Shown here one piece after another: positions 47,138 to 60,089 of a DNA stretch of 64,000 nucleotides (within the stretch, counting starts at the first letter, position 1; each line of letters starts with the position of its first letter). This stretch comes from Setoptus koraiensis (lineage: Eukaryota > Animalia > Arthropoda), in the NCBI GenBank assembly GCA_048013815.1, contig CM106586.1:6820001-6884000 (forward strand), written 5' to 3'. The notes beneath the pieces were generated by a model. That model did no database searches. It saw nothing but the letters and a program-made list of their open reading frames with translations, and was not told the DNA's origin. The position numbers and the translations under genes are program-made.

Positions 47138-48160
47138 ACACCTGACCGTGCTCGTATGCTTGCCGCGCCCGTCCGGCGCGTTGCGGCGCGCGTCTGGCGC
47201 GCGTTTGCGGGCCGGCCAAGCGGGTGTTGTCGCAAACTCTTGGCAACTGACGAAGAGATAACAAGACAGCGCACGCATGTCACGCGGCCAAGAAATCTTG
47301 CCCAATTTTGCGCCCGATCGTATCTAGCTTGGCTCGGGTGCCCACTGGCTCAAGTGTCGGCGAGGCTCGCACGGTCACTGTCGCCAGTGTGGCGGGCCGC
47401 GCAAGTGGCGCCATCTTGCAATTGTCATTCCGCCGGCTGGACACTTTAGGACTGCACTTTAGCGGGCAAACTGCTGAAACAGCCCGACTGTCCACCCAAA
47501 AGGGGGTCCGTGAAAAAGGGGCCCGTGAAAATGCCGTCGCAACCGGGCCGTCGCAACCGGCCCGTCGTAACCGGCCCGTCGTAAGCGCTGGCCGGCAATA
47601 ATGATGGTCGGCAAGCACGCCGTGCTGTCCAAAAGTGCGCCGCGGCGAGCGGCCACTTTTGCAGCAGCTTACAAGATAAACCGATCGCACACACGCAAAT
47701 GGACTAAAGATGCAAATTTTATCCGTGTTTTATCGTGTTCGCGGTGCCTCCGTGCGAGTGCATCGAGGCGCAGTGCGAGCGCGCTTAGGTGCAAGTGTGC
47801 AATTCGTGGGGCCCCACGAATTAATCTGCACAGCGCACAAACATACGCACAGAAAATAAAAACTATATAATATTATGTGGCCGGCGCTTTTGTCCGCTTG
47901 TCGGCCAGATATTGTGTGTATTGCGACAGTGTGCGCCGTGGGACCAATAGTAAAACAGAGCAGAGAGGCAGAGGCGCGAAAATAATTTGTTTGCATCGGA
48001 ACAACTTAATTAAATTAAATACATGTCCAATTAGAGCGACTGCAACTGCGATTACGCCAACTTGCATTAAGTTAACAATCGCCGCCGATGCGGCCACTTG
48101 GCTGGCCATGCACTCGATCAATTAACTGCGCGCCCTTGGTCGCGCCACAAAGTGAGCCGT

Positions 48161-48252
48161 TTTGGCAAGACCGTTTCGTCTAGTTTGGCAAGACCGTTTC
48201 GTCTTGTTTGGCCAGACCGTTTCGTCTTGTTTGGCAAGACCGTTTCGTCTAG
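48161..48252. repeat. 23-bp minisatellite x4 (TTTGGCAAGACCGTTTCGTCTAG)
   Basis: Four contiguous copies with at most 2 mismatches and no spacers. Confidence 0.93.
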
Positions 48253-51200
48253 CTTTGCGCTGTCTCGTCCATGCCGAGCAAAATTTTATACTGTTATGTA
48301 TTTTATATGTATTCAGCTGTTTGCCGGTGTAATTGTTGCCGGCGCGAGCGTATGCTCAACACCAACACAACCGCCAAATATCCGCCCAGCGATTGCGGTC
48401 ACTCTCGTGAGCCACTCCAACGGGTGAGTTCGTTGCGACTGGAATGTGCCCGCTCAAATGATACACAAATTGATATACAAATTGAAACTGAAACCATTCA
48501 AACGGATGAAAATTTCATGATGATGAAATCGCAAAGTGCGCACTCAGCGCCCCCTTTTGAGCCGGCCAGCGCCACTTTTGGGCGCCACTTGCGGCAAACT
48601 TGCCACTTGGAGCCACAAGGTGACCTAGGGGTACTTTAGCTCGCGGTTGTTTTGTTGGCGCCCCTTTTTTTCACCAACGAGCACGCCATCTATTGTCGCG
48701 CGCACCGGTTAGCGGCAGAACCTCTAATAACGAGCGCGTTACGCAACTACTGCTAACTAAATACTAAACACAGGTTGCCACAGTCAACGCTCACCTGCCG
48801 CGTCCTCTACCCGCGCCCCGCCGCCAACAATCCGGCGGCACAGGTGAGTGGGCCGGCCGATTTAAGTGCCCCCTTTGAACTGTGTGTGCCCCTTTGAGGC
48901 GCCTTTGTGCTCTGTTTGAGGCCCCTTTGTGTCCCCTTTCGACCTTCGCCGGCAAACAAATTACTACTTGTGCCCAAAGGGGTCCCAATGTAAAGTCCAA
49001 ACGAATTGAGTGACTGCGATAAGTGCGCCGCCATCGCTATTTGCGCTGACGCCGGCGAAAACGAAGCCATTACAGCTCGCATTCGTATAATTCATTTATG
49101 CATCGCCCGCGACGCGCCGGGCGCTCACTGCGGGCCCGAGCGCTCACTGCGGGCCCGAGCGCGATTTAAGGCGCCCACTGCGTGTATTATGTGGCCGCGA
49201 GTGGGGCGCCGCTCGGTGGCCATCATCAATCAAATTGCAAACAGTTTGCCAATGATCATGCCAATGATCATGCCAATGATGGGTGTGCACTGTGAGCAAT
49301 ATTATTGGCCTCTATTCAAACTAATTTCGGCTTATTTGGCGGCTTATTGCCACCCCTTTGGCCCCATCTCTGACTCGCCGCAAGTTGTGGGGCCCCCGCT
49401 GTACGCCTGGCTCTCAATGCGGCATAATTAACGAGACGCCTCTGGCAAGGAGTCTCGAAATAATCGCTTGTGCGCCAATAGTCACGCACACTGTTCGCTC
49501 TCAATCAATTCGCTTGACAAGTTTTCTTGGCCGGTGCAAACGCACCAATTTGCGCACCGGCTAGCGGCACAATTGCGCACATAATTCATAATGCACAACG
49601 TTGTTAGATAAATGCTCGATTGCGCCAACTCGATCAACGGGGCCCCGGCATCGACCGCAAAGTGGCTGTTTGTTGTGCGAAATTTTTCTCTCGTCAGCGT
49701 CTCCCTCGAAGTGTCTCGATGCAGCCAGTGCCGGCAAGTGAGGCTAGCTGATGCTGGCGAGCTGACGCTGGCGAGCTGACGCTGGCGAGCGAGTGTCGGC
49801 TGTGTCGCGCGGCTAGATTGGCGTTGACTCGCGCTCGCGTTTTGATTAATCGGTTGCCGTCAACAATAAACAAAGAGTTTTTGTGTGGGGCCAATGTGGG
49901 CACAGTATTGGTCTGCTGGTTGGCACAAATTGTCACGGTTGCGCCACTGATGAATTGAACCAAACGTTTGTTGATTGGGGCGCCTCTGTGCGGCCCGTGT
50001 CCGTGATTACGAGTCTGCACGGTCTGCAAAGACGCCGCGAGATGCTGTGATTGTGCACAAATATTTATTTGTAACCATAGATTTACCGTGGATTTGGTTG
50101 CGTGGATGGCCGTGGATGGCCGATGCGCTAAAATGCGATCGATTGGGCGACAAAATGTGCTGTCGAAAGAGTTGCGTCACTCACTGTCATAACGGGGATA
50201 ATAATGATGCAATGGTTCGCGCCGCAACAATGGACAGCCATACATTTATTTACATTTAGCACCGTGTAAGAATTGCATGTCTGAGCAATGAGTCTGTGCG
50301 CCAGCGAGAGCGCAATTGCCAGAGCCGGGCCGAGCCGAGCCAGTGACAGGCCAGATAAAAATAGATAACTGAGATAACTGGGCCGTCTGAGTTAACTAGG
50401 CTTAAAATGATTGATTTGGTTGGCTGGTCGCGCCAACCGTTCAATCGTTGGCCCAGCATTGATGAATGACAATCGGGGCCCCGCACAATGCCAACAACGG
50501 GGCTAGTTGTTTCGGGGCCTGGCGGCAACAAACAGCAAACAAATGCGCTCGCTCGCTTGACAGCTCACCAGATATCTTACCAAAGATGATTTCTTTCGCG
50601 GACGACAGATGGCACCACCTGCGCCACCTAGCCACGCTGGCGGGGCCCCCGGCCAGTTATCCGTGCTGGCCTGATGCCGGCTCCATGCTGGCACGAGATG
50701 ATGACTCAAAGTATCGAAAGCGATACTTTGAGTCTCGTGCGACGCAATATGTCGATATAACCATCGGCCGGCCATAATTAGTGCAAATGGCAGCCAGTGA
50801 GCGGTCAATAAACTGTCCGGCGAGCAACAGACGGCTCGCTGACCGGAACAAGTGCCAGTGGCGCCGCAAACAACAAATAATAACAATTAACTCTTTTGAT
50901 TTATTGTCAATCAAATCAAGCGACTGCGCAGCCAATACAAACAACGCCAATTTTGTGACATATGCTGCTGTTGTTGTTGTTGTCGCTCATTGGTCACATT
51001 TGAGCCACTTTATATGCGTCGCGTGGCAAGCCGCTCTGAGTGAATTGGTAAGAATTTGTAAGCAATTGCGCAACATTCTTGTGAGTTGCACAAGTTACGC
51101 GCGCAGGACAGGAGCTTGACAGTTGCGTAACTTTGCGTGGCCTCAGTTTGCGACCACGTGCCATTACGTAACAGGCTGGCGCAGTTGCACCAGTTAGTGG

Positions 51201-54200
51201 CGCTTGCACCGGGCGCTAACCGGACCGCGTGACAATGGGTGGCGATATAGAGCGAGTGATTTTGTCAATAAGATTCTTTTATTTCTTTCTCATCCATTCA
51301 GTTCAGTTGATGCGCTAGTTCCACTGAACTGCCTGCCCTCTATCGGTTATTTTGCCCGCAACACTTGCTCGGATCACGTTGCATCACAGTCATTGCACCA
51401 TATTGTGTCGCATTGCACCACATTAGGTCGCATTGCACCACACACTGGGCCGCCATTGTCGCCATTGGCGCCATTGGCGTCAGATCAGATGGACACATAG
51501 AATAAACACACAGTGCGAGAGCCAGAGAAAGCGGAAGTATTGTAACGGTAATTGATGCAACGGCTACGTGCTTCTCGCGATCAGCTGTTGGGCGTATCAA
51601 ATGGTTGTTGCTGTTGAGCCGGCGCTCGTGCATTGTTGTTGTTGTTGTTGTTGCTGTTGTTGCATTGCGATACAACACGAATGTTGCGCAACATTGTATT
51701 CGTGTATTGTTGTGTAACTTGTTGTTGTTGTTGTTGTTGCTGTCGCATTCAATTGATCAGCTGACAAGAGCGTTTGTGAGGGAATGCACTTGAGACAGAG
51801 TACATATGTCACAAATGCTGATACAACCAATAGCATTACTCACATGAGTTTGTCGGGCTCAGAATCAATCAACACACACACGCACGCACTAGTGAGGCCA
51901 CCACTAAAAGTAATTTGTTTATCTAGCGAGCCACGTCAACAAACGAGCCCCCCGTTAGCTGTTGCGCGACTCACCTGGGCAAGCGCTGCTTCCGCACACA
52001 GGTGAGCTGTTACGCACACAGGTGAGCTGTTACGCAACGCACTGGCGGTGTTTGTACAAGCTATTTATGCAACTTCTACGCTACAAGTAAGCACATATGT
52101 GTGTTACTACGGTTACATAACACGGTTACATAATATCTGCCGAAGCCACAAATGATCATGGCGCCCAACGATTGGTTGGTCAGCTGGTCGGCTGACGACT
52201 ATTCGTGCCGGCCGGCCGACCAGCCGGTGTGTACAGTGATTGTGTGCCGTGTAGCCTGGACACTGGCCACAAATTATGGCCACCCGTACAGTATTAGCTT
52301 ACCAAATCGTGCACGTGGCAAGCGGCGAGAGCCAAGAGGCAAGTAGCAAATGGCAAATGTTGCGCAATTTATTGCAAATATTCGCCGCTTGGACAACTGG
52401 CCGGTTGGGGCCCCAAGTCGGCCCGCACTCCACGAGCCACGAGCTGACCAGTACACGTCAGCTCCGGTCACACATGCCACACGCCCGGCACCTGCCCCCC
52501 ACCCCCGGTATCTGGCTGTTCTTTGTTTGCCCTCCGTTTTGAGCTTGGCCGGCCGGTCGCTTGGGTGCGCCAACAGCGCCGGCGAAATTACTCAAGAAAT
52601 TACTCGAGCAGAATAAGATGGCCGAGAGATAAATTCGAGACAAATTGGCCAGCGATTGGCTTGCCGACTGGCCAGTCAGCTGGCAAGCGGCGCCCGCCAG
52701 TCGGCTGAACAAGCGAACAAAGTGCAAAAGAATCTGTCGAAAAAAGTGAATTCTATCAACTGAGTTGCACTCATTTCGGGCCCCATTCCCACCGGCGCCC
52801 GCAAAGTGGCCCCGCTAATGCCGCACAATGGCGTGCACGGCACAATGTGCACTCCACATTGTGCAGTTTAGTATTACCGAGACACAGGGGGAGCTGTGTT
52901 GTTGCAAAACATTAATGTTAGTCGCATTACACACTGTTGCAATCACATTAGTGACCATGGAGAGAGAGTTGCAATTGTGGGGCACACAATTGATCGTTGC
53001 CGGCCAACGCGCTCGCGATAATTCCCGGAATTCAAGCGATAATTCCGAGAATTTGCGCGCCTTTATTTATTAGCTAGTGGCCAGTGACTCACTGGCAGTG
53101 GGGCCGAGCCACGAGCCGAAACTTATCTGCGCTTGTTTGGCGCTGTTGTTGGGGCCCCCGCACTTGTTATGGCGGGGCCCCAACGCTCACTGCCGCACTC
53201 TCGGTAAATACTGTAAAATAATAATAGTGGCAGCCAAGTCAAAGTTTACTAGTTAGTTGCTGCCTCACTGCAAGCAAGTTACAACTCACCTTGCCGGCCA
53301 GCAACAAACCAGCAAGCGCACACCCGCACGCCAGCCTCGCAGCCAGCAATCGACGGGCCGGCGATTCGGGGGCCCCAGGCCCCAGACCAGCTCGCCGGGG
53401 GAATCGAGTCGAGAGAGATATATCGTTACATATTGAGTGTGGCGTGTTTGGCGCGCCAACAATTGCCGTGTGCGTCTAATTTGAGCCACTGGCGCTCCTT
53501 TTTTCAATTCGCCTCGTCTGGGCCCCCGTCTGTGCGACTGTCTCGCCAGTCGGGGCTCGATGGGGCCCGCCAGTTGGGGCCCGCCAGCTCGCAAACAGCT
53601 TGCATGGTAAAACATTTGCAAACACACTTAGACGCATTTGCGCATAAATCGCTGATTGGCCAGTGGCTAGCTACTGGCGAGCTACATAGTTGCTATCAGA
53701 ACATCAAACTATCGTACTGCAGCGGCTCAGGGGCCTGCCACATTTTATCCGGCTAGATGCCGGATAAAGCTGGCTGGATAAAAGTAGCTCGAGGCCACGC
53801 TCGCGCACCAACCGAGCGAGGATTTGCAATCTGCTTCTGTTGGCAATAATTGGCAGTAAATTCAGTTTATTAGCCTGCGTCTAGTGGATTGGGCCGCTCG
53901 CAGCGGCATGCCCACTGGCCAGCGCGACTCTGTTCTAAGATCATCTCTATGCCGAGATCATCTCTATTAGCTAATACAGCACGTATGTACAAAAGATATA
54001 TCCGAGATAGTTGCTAATGGCTGTCGGCTCACAGGGCTGACACACTGAAACGGGGGCCCGCCGAGAGTGAGACGCAAAGACGCTGCGACGCCGCGACGCT
54101 GAGAGCCAGACAGCATTGACAATGAGCAAAATTGTCTCATTATTGTCATTGTTGGTGGATTATGTAACTTATGGCTGAGTGAGAGCCGCCAGGGGGCTCC

Positions 54201-54263
54201 CACTCAGTTGTTGGTTACTTGGCGTTGAACGCGAACAAACAGGGCACACAAAATAACAAAATA

Positions 54264-54380
54264 CCCAGATAGCCCGAATAACCCAGATACCCCAGGCAGC
54301 CCAGGCAGCCTAGACAACCCAAATAACCAAAATGACCCAAATGACCGAAATAACCCAAATAACCCAAATAACCAAAATAA
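54264..54380. repeat. 9-bp tandem repeat x13 (CCCAGATAG grading into CCCAAATAA)
   Basis: Parsed unit by unit. Confidence 0.92.
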
Positions 54381-55163
54381 CCAGCGAGACGCAGATCGCT
54401 GCGTGCACTCGACAAAATCAACACTGTTGAGTCAGCAGCTCAAAACAAGCTCAAACAGCTGAGATAGCTCGGCCAGTGGGGGCGACTTTCAGCGAGGCTC
54501 AAATTGATTGCTGGCCGGCGGGCGGGGGCGAAATTTCTTCGTTAGGCAATTTAATTAATTAACGCGAGCGGCCAATTGGGAGCAGTCGTGCATTTTTGGC
54601 GCGCACTGAGCGCACTTGATTCAAGTGGCTCGAATGATTATGACAACGAGCATGATTTGTTGTTGGCTCATCTCCAATTTGTCGCATTCAAATCGGATTG
54701 GCGCGGCCGGTTGGCCGGTGGGCCCACTGGCGATTCTTGCGAGCGCAACCTCTGGCAATCGCCAGAGACTCTCCCTCTCTGGCGGACTCTCTGGCGGAGA
54801 CTCTCTGGCGGAGAGTGATGAGAATTACAATTAAAATGGCGCGCCAATTTGGGCCACTCTCCCTGTCGCAATGGGAGGCTACAAGTTGTAGCGGGAATCG
54901 CCAGAAAGGGAGCGAGGGCGAGAGTTGGGCTCGGCCGGGTTTTGTCCGCCGGCCAACCGGGGAGAAATTAGCGAGAATTATTGACAGGGCGCGCTTGAAT
55001 TGTCACCGAATGCGCGCTGCGGGCTGCTAGCAACGCCGGCGACCGACAACAACAGAACAAAAGCGCGGGCCCCAATTCTATTCGATTATAATTTAGTGTG
55101 CCGATATATATATATATATTTGGGGCGCACTTTTTGTTGCGCGCAACGGGGCCCATTACAGAC

Positions 55164-55217
55164 GCTAGATGGTTCTCAGCTAGATGATTCTCGGCTAGAT
55201 GATTCTCGGCTAGATGA
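55164..55217. repeat. 15-bp tandem repeat (GCTAGATGATTCTCG) x3.5
   Basis: Read directly. Confidence 0.9.
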
Positions 55218-58200
55218 GGTAACGAGATTGGCCGGCAGCGAGACGACTGGCCAGCAGTTGATTTGATTGTGTTCGCTCGATTGAGCCACCAGCGGCCGGG
55301 CCCCATTCTCGCATTCTCCGCTCTTGGCTGGCCGGCTGGCTGGCTCGTTTCTTGGCCCGGGCGCCGGCTTATGGTGGGCGCAAGATGATCGGTGGCCGGC
55401 GGAGTCGCGCAATAACTGTAACGTGTAACGGAGTAACTCAATCAAAAATTATCCGCCGCTGACCAGTAATGTTCGCTGCCGGACTGCACTGGCGCGGCCG
55501 GTTGTCTAGGTAATCTGGGCGCAAAAAACTGGCCACCGGCCCACCTTTGGCTGCAAACTGAGCCGCGTTTGTGAGCCGCATTTGTGAGCCGCAACGGATC
55601 AGAAATGGAATTATACCCACACACGAGTTGTGCATTTGTCGCGGGCCGGTGCGGCTCGGGCGCGGCTCGGCGCGTCTCGGTGCCTCGAGTGTGCAGGCCG
55701 AACGCTAATCATCAGGTCCGGCCCGGCCACAGATTCCGGCGCCAGATCAAACAGATTGTGAGCGAGGCCAAGTCACTGACTTGGCCTCTCTCACAATCTG
55801 GTAGCACGTGAAGCCGACGCCGAGACACTTGCGCCTATATCTCGGTGGTCATCATATTATCATATAATACGCATTGCTACACACGCCAGATAAACAGTCG
55901 GGCCGGATAAGCAGTTGCGCGCCGGATAAACAGTTGCGCCGGCCGCCAGACGGGGCCTCTAGCACGAGGCCAGATTGAGATGGATAGTGGCGCGCGGGAT
56001 GGGGCCCGGCGCGATTAGTATGCGCACACGCCAATGCGCCAGTCAAACAAATGTATAATCTGGCCGAGCCACTTGGTTGGCTCGCCCGTACATTTATACA
56101 TACAGATATTTGGTTGTTGTTGTTTCATTGGGCGAGCGGCCACTGAACGGTCGGCCAAACAGGCGGAAATGAGCAGCGGCAAAGGCGCATCGGGCCGGCC
56201 AGGCACGAGGCGAGCTCATTGATTTATGCACGTTACACTTCCGGTGACGGCTGTTGGGCTGTTGAGTTGGTGAGCTGAGTGTGAAATATCAGTGGCGCTG
56301 ATGGATTGGCGCTGCGAATTGGCGCTGCGAATCGGCCGGCGCGCGCGCGAGTTGCAGCCGGTGAGTTACTAACACGGTGAGGCCGGTTGAGGCCCGTTGG
56401 GGCCCGGCCCAGAGTGAAGTAGCGAGAGTTCAGTTTATTTATAGCTCGTTTATTTATTTTACACAAACAAGATAGTTAGTGCAATAATGGCAGCCATTGA
56501 GCAAAGTGATTAGCTTGCGGTGTGACAGTGCTATCTAAAATTGATCTATCAGACTGTATCAGACTGTATCTGGTTGTGCGAGATCGCGCCAGATAATGGC
56601 CCTAATAGCACTGAGCGTGTTTGTGTCGATATCAATCATTTGCGTTTGGGGCGCCCGCATCGCGCCAAATAGTAACGAATAAAACGTCAGACCCACACAG
56701 CAACGAGAGGCGGCCTCTGGGAAGAACTCAACGCACACAGCGACGGCCCGACGCTTGTAACGGGTCGCATTGGCGCCCCCGCAGGGACCCGAACAAGCCT
56801 AAGCAAGCCCAATCAATGGTAATGATCCGGTGAGATCCGCTGATTGGGCCCGCGCGTAGTTCGCCGCGCCGACCGGCCGATCCGGCGCGGATCTGGAATC
56901 CAGATTGTGGATTGCGGTGTGGCCAACTCCGGGATGTATCCCGAGTCCGGATTCAGCCGAAGCGCGCCGAGCCGCCGAGCTGAGCGTCGGGCCGGCAGCG
57001 GGCGCGACAGCGACCGTCGAATCAACGGCGTTCGATACAATAATAATCAATGGCCCGCACTGGCGCCGCACGAGCACATCCGTAAGTGCTCGGCTGTTCG
57101 CTCATGGCGTCCCCACTCTGCCCGTTGTACAGCAGTTATGCAACAGCGGCCACAGATACACCGAGGCTCGTATCAAATGTACATGACACACACGCCATTC
57201 AGCGGGCCCCAATTTTCATTGGCTGGCACCATGTTGCGTAATATATACGTTGCGCACACATACAAGCAAAGTCAATTATGTCGCCGCATGGTTGGCTCGG
57301 ATATTTGTTGTTGGGGCGCCGTGTTAGAGCCGTGACAAGTATAGTCGATATATATGGCGATTCGAGTGGACAAGCAGCGCCGCAGTGTGTTGCGTGGGAC
57401 AGACTCTATTTAGTTGTCAAGTCTAGTTTGGTGGGCACCCCCGGAGTTGCATATTAGACAAACTCATTATTGAGTTGTCTCTGTCTGTCAATTTGGTTTG
57501 CTCGCTGGCTGGCTCGCTGGCGGCTGGCTCGCTGGCGCTGGCGGGCCAACTGGCGGCTGGCGGCTGGCGGGCCTCATTTGCATATCTTCTGGCGGGGCGC
57601 AAATTCAAATATTAAACAGCAACAACGGCGTGCCCATTACTAGTTGTCATTGTCCATGCCAACATGATATATATACACGGATATTTGTGTGTCAAGTTTG
57701 CGATCGGCTCGCCACTTGATAGATTTGGGCCGCTTATCTTGGCGCCTCTCGCGGGCGCTTGTTGTGGGGGAGCCCACGACGGGCCACGACAAACCCCGAA
57801 CGGTTGTGTTTCTGTTGCTCTGTCCCTCTATCAGCCATATTATATGCAGAGAATTATGCAAAACAACATGAGACAAAACAGCCAACTTGCGCGCCGGCTT
57901 CCGCCGGCCGAGTGGCATCGATTGATCACAACTTGTGATTCACGAGACGTGCGCTCGACGCGACCGATGCCGCTGACGCGACCGATGCCGCTGATGCGAC
58001 CGATGCGACTGATGCGGGCCCCCCGCTCGTGATAATAAATAGTCGCGCTATAAATTATTGTTATCACAGTTTCTCGGCCAAGTCGGCCAAGTTTGGCCAG
58101 CTCGCCCAGCTTGCGCACACGAGACAATGGCCACTCTCGCTGAGATTTGCCGAATTTGTTTGTTTGGCCCCAGCAAAAATACCGTTTGATGCGACGACCC

Positions 58201-59959
58201 TTTAATTATTGCACTTGGCACGCGCCAATACGCGTATATATAACGCACAATATGACGTGCCGGGGATATCGCCACCATAACTGTCGAGCGGGATATCGCC
58301 ACCATAAGTGTCGCGCGGGATACCGCGATTCGCGATGAGACTCCGCGATTTGCGACATGTCGCTGCAACAACCGGTCGAGTGAGTCTAGCGGCGACTCAA
58401 TCCCACTCGACGTGCCGGCAAAGCGGATTTTTAGGCTGTACGTTGGTTTGATTGCAATCGAGTGCTAATTTGGCAATTGGCACAATTGTCACTGTCCATT
58501 GAGATCGCTCAATGGCACGAGTTTATAAACGGATATAGTCCATTTGCTGCAAAAGTGGGCCCACTCGAAGCCATACACAGGCCGTCGTTGCCAGGCAACT
58601 GGCCATGCTCGCTCGGGCCCCACTGGCAGGCTGTGGCAAGTGGGCCAAAGTGGCAACTAATAATGTGGGAATATGGTTCATATCAACGAAATAAACGGGC
58701 TTGTTGGCCTCGAAACGGGCGCTCGTTGCGCCCAATACGGTCGCCGTGAGCAGCAACATAATCCGTGCCGTCATAATCATTATCATAATCGTTATCATTC
58801 AGCGGGCTCTAGCTCGCTTGTTGTCACTTTATTTGTCTTTGTCGAAATGGCGCGCTCGAAATGGCGCCGTCGAAATGGCGCTGGGCCAAATAGACACAGA
58901 GACAGAGGGAGAGCGGGGGAGCGGGGGAGCCCACGAAGACAGCAGCCAGAAATAATGATAATGGAGCGCTTTAATTCACATCACATCGCGCCCGCGTCAA
59001 CTGTGTGCCAACGCCAATTGTCTCATTGTGTGTATGGCCAATGTGTCGAGCCACAGCCGAGCCGGCCAATTCGCGGGCCCCTCAATGTTTATACTCAATG
59101 TTTGCCGCGACGAGGCGAGCAAAAGACTCGCCAAGACCCAAATAATGCGTATATGGTGTGCACAATTTAATATATATAATAAGCCGGATCTGGCCGAACT
59201 GAATGGAGCCCAATTTGAATTGGATGGGCGCTCTGCTGGCCCGTTTGTCGCCCGTCCCCGGCCAGCCCAGTGGCGCACAAAAGGCGGGGGCCGCGCCCCG
59301 CGCGATCCGACCCTCGCAGCGCGCCCAATTGTCACCTGTACGGTGCAGGCTGTACAATACAGGCGTGGGTGGCCAGCAATTTGCGACACACCAACGCACA
59401 CGTACATTGTTGCCCGGCGGAGACTCTCCGGCGGAGAGTCGATTTGTCGAAGAATTAAAACAGATTGGCCTCTGTTTGTCTCGTGTGTTGTTTCGCCTCG
59501 AGTGGGGCCCGTTTTTGTTTCGCTTCGAGGGGGGCCCGTTGGGGCCGCGTCGCACCGCGACCGGGCCGGGTGGCGAGCGCACGGTTCGGGCATCTCTCAC
59601 GGCGACTCGGCGACTCGGCGTCTCGAACAGGCTTACGATGCCGCTTTTTGGCGACATTTCAAGCTATTTAGAGCATCCAAGATGCGGCCGACTGCGCCGT
59701 CGAGTCAGCAATTGATTGCAACTTGAAAGAGTTGCCTGGCCGGGCAAAAAAGGGCCAAACAGAGGGCCCCTCAGTGCCGAGCAACCTGTTACAAGAATAA
59801 CAGGCGCCTGTCACTGAAGAATTCAACTGACAGCGGCGCTGTTTCGCCTGTGTCACTTTGCTCAGCAGAGTTCACTGACTGTGCCGCCCGGATGGGGCGC
59901 AGCAGTTTGTTTTGCGACGGCATCTCTCAAATTATCACTCTCCAACGATCGGCTCTCAA

Positions 59960-60089
59960 TTATCCGCACAGTTGGGGCCTCAGTGATTCGCACGCTTGGG
60001 CCTAAGTTATCCGCACAGTTGGGCCTTACTTATCCGCAGAGTTCGGGCCTCACTTATCCGCACGGTTGGGGCCTCAATTATCCGCACAG
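59960..60089. repeat. 23-24 bp minisatellite x5.5 (TTATCCGCACAGTTGGGGCCTCAN)
   Basis: Parsed unit by unit. Confidence 0.9.

Noticed and set aside
48161-48252. 23-bp direct repeats resembling a CRISPR array
   Set aside because: The copies are contiguous with no spacers, there are no cas genes, and the context is eukaryotic.
53744-53768. GCCGGATAA hairpin resembling an enterobacterial REP
   Set aside because: Only a 9-10 nt match, the rest of the REP consensus is missing, and there is no sign of bacterial sequence.
59960-60089. TTATCCGCA resembling the DnaA box TTATCCACA in an iteron-like array
   Set aside because: One mismatch in every copy, no replicon genes, and embedded in eukaryotic sequence.
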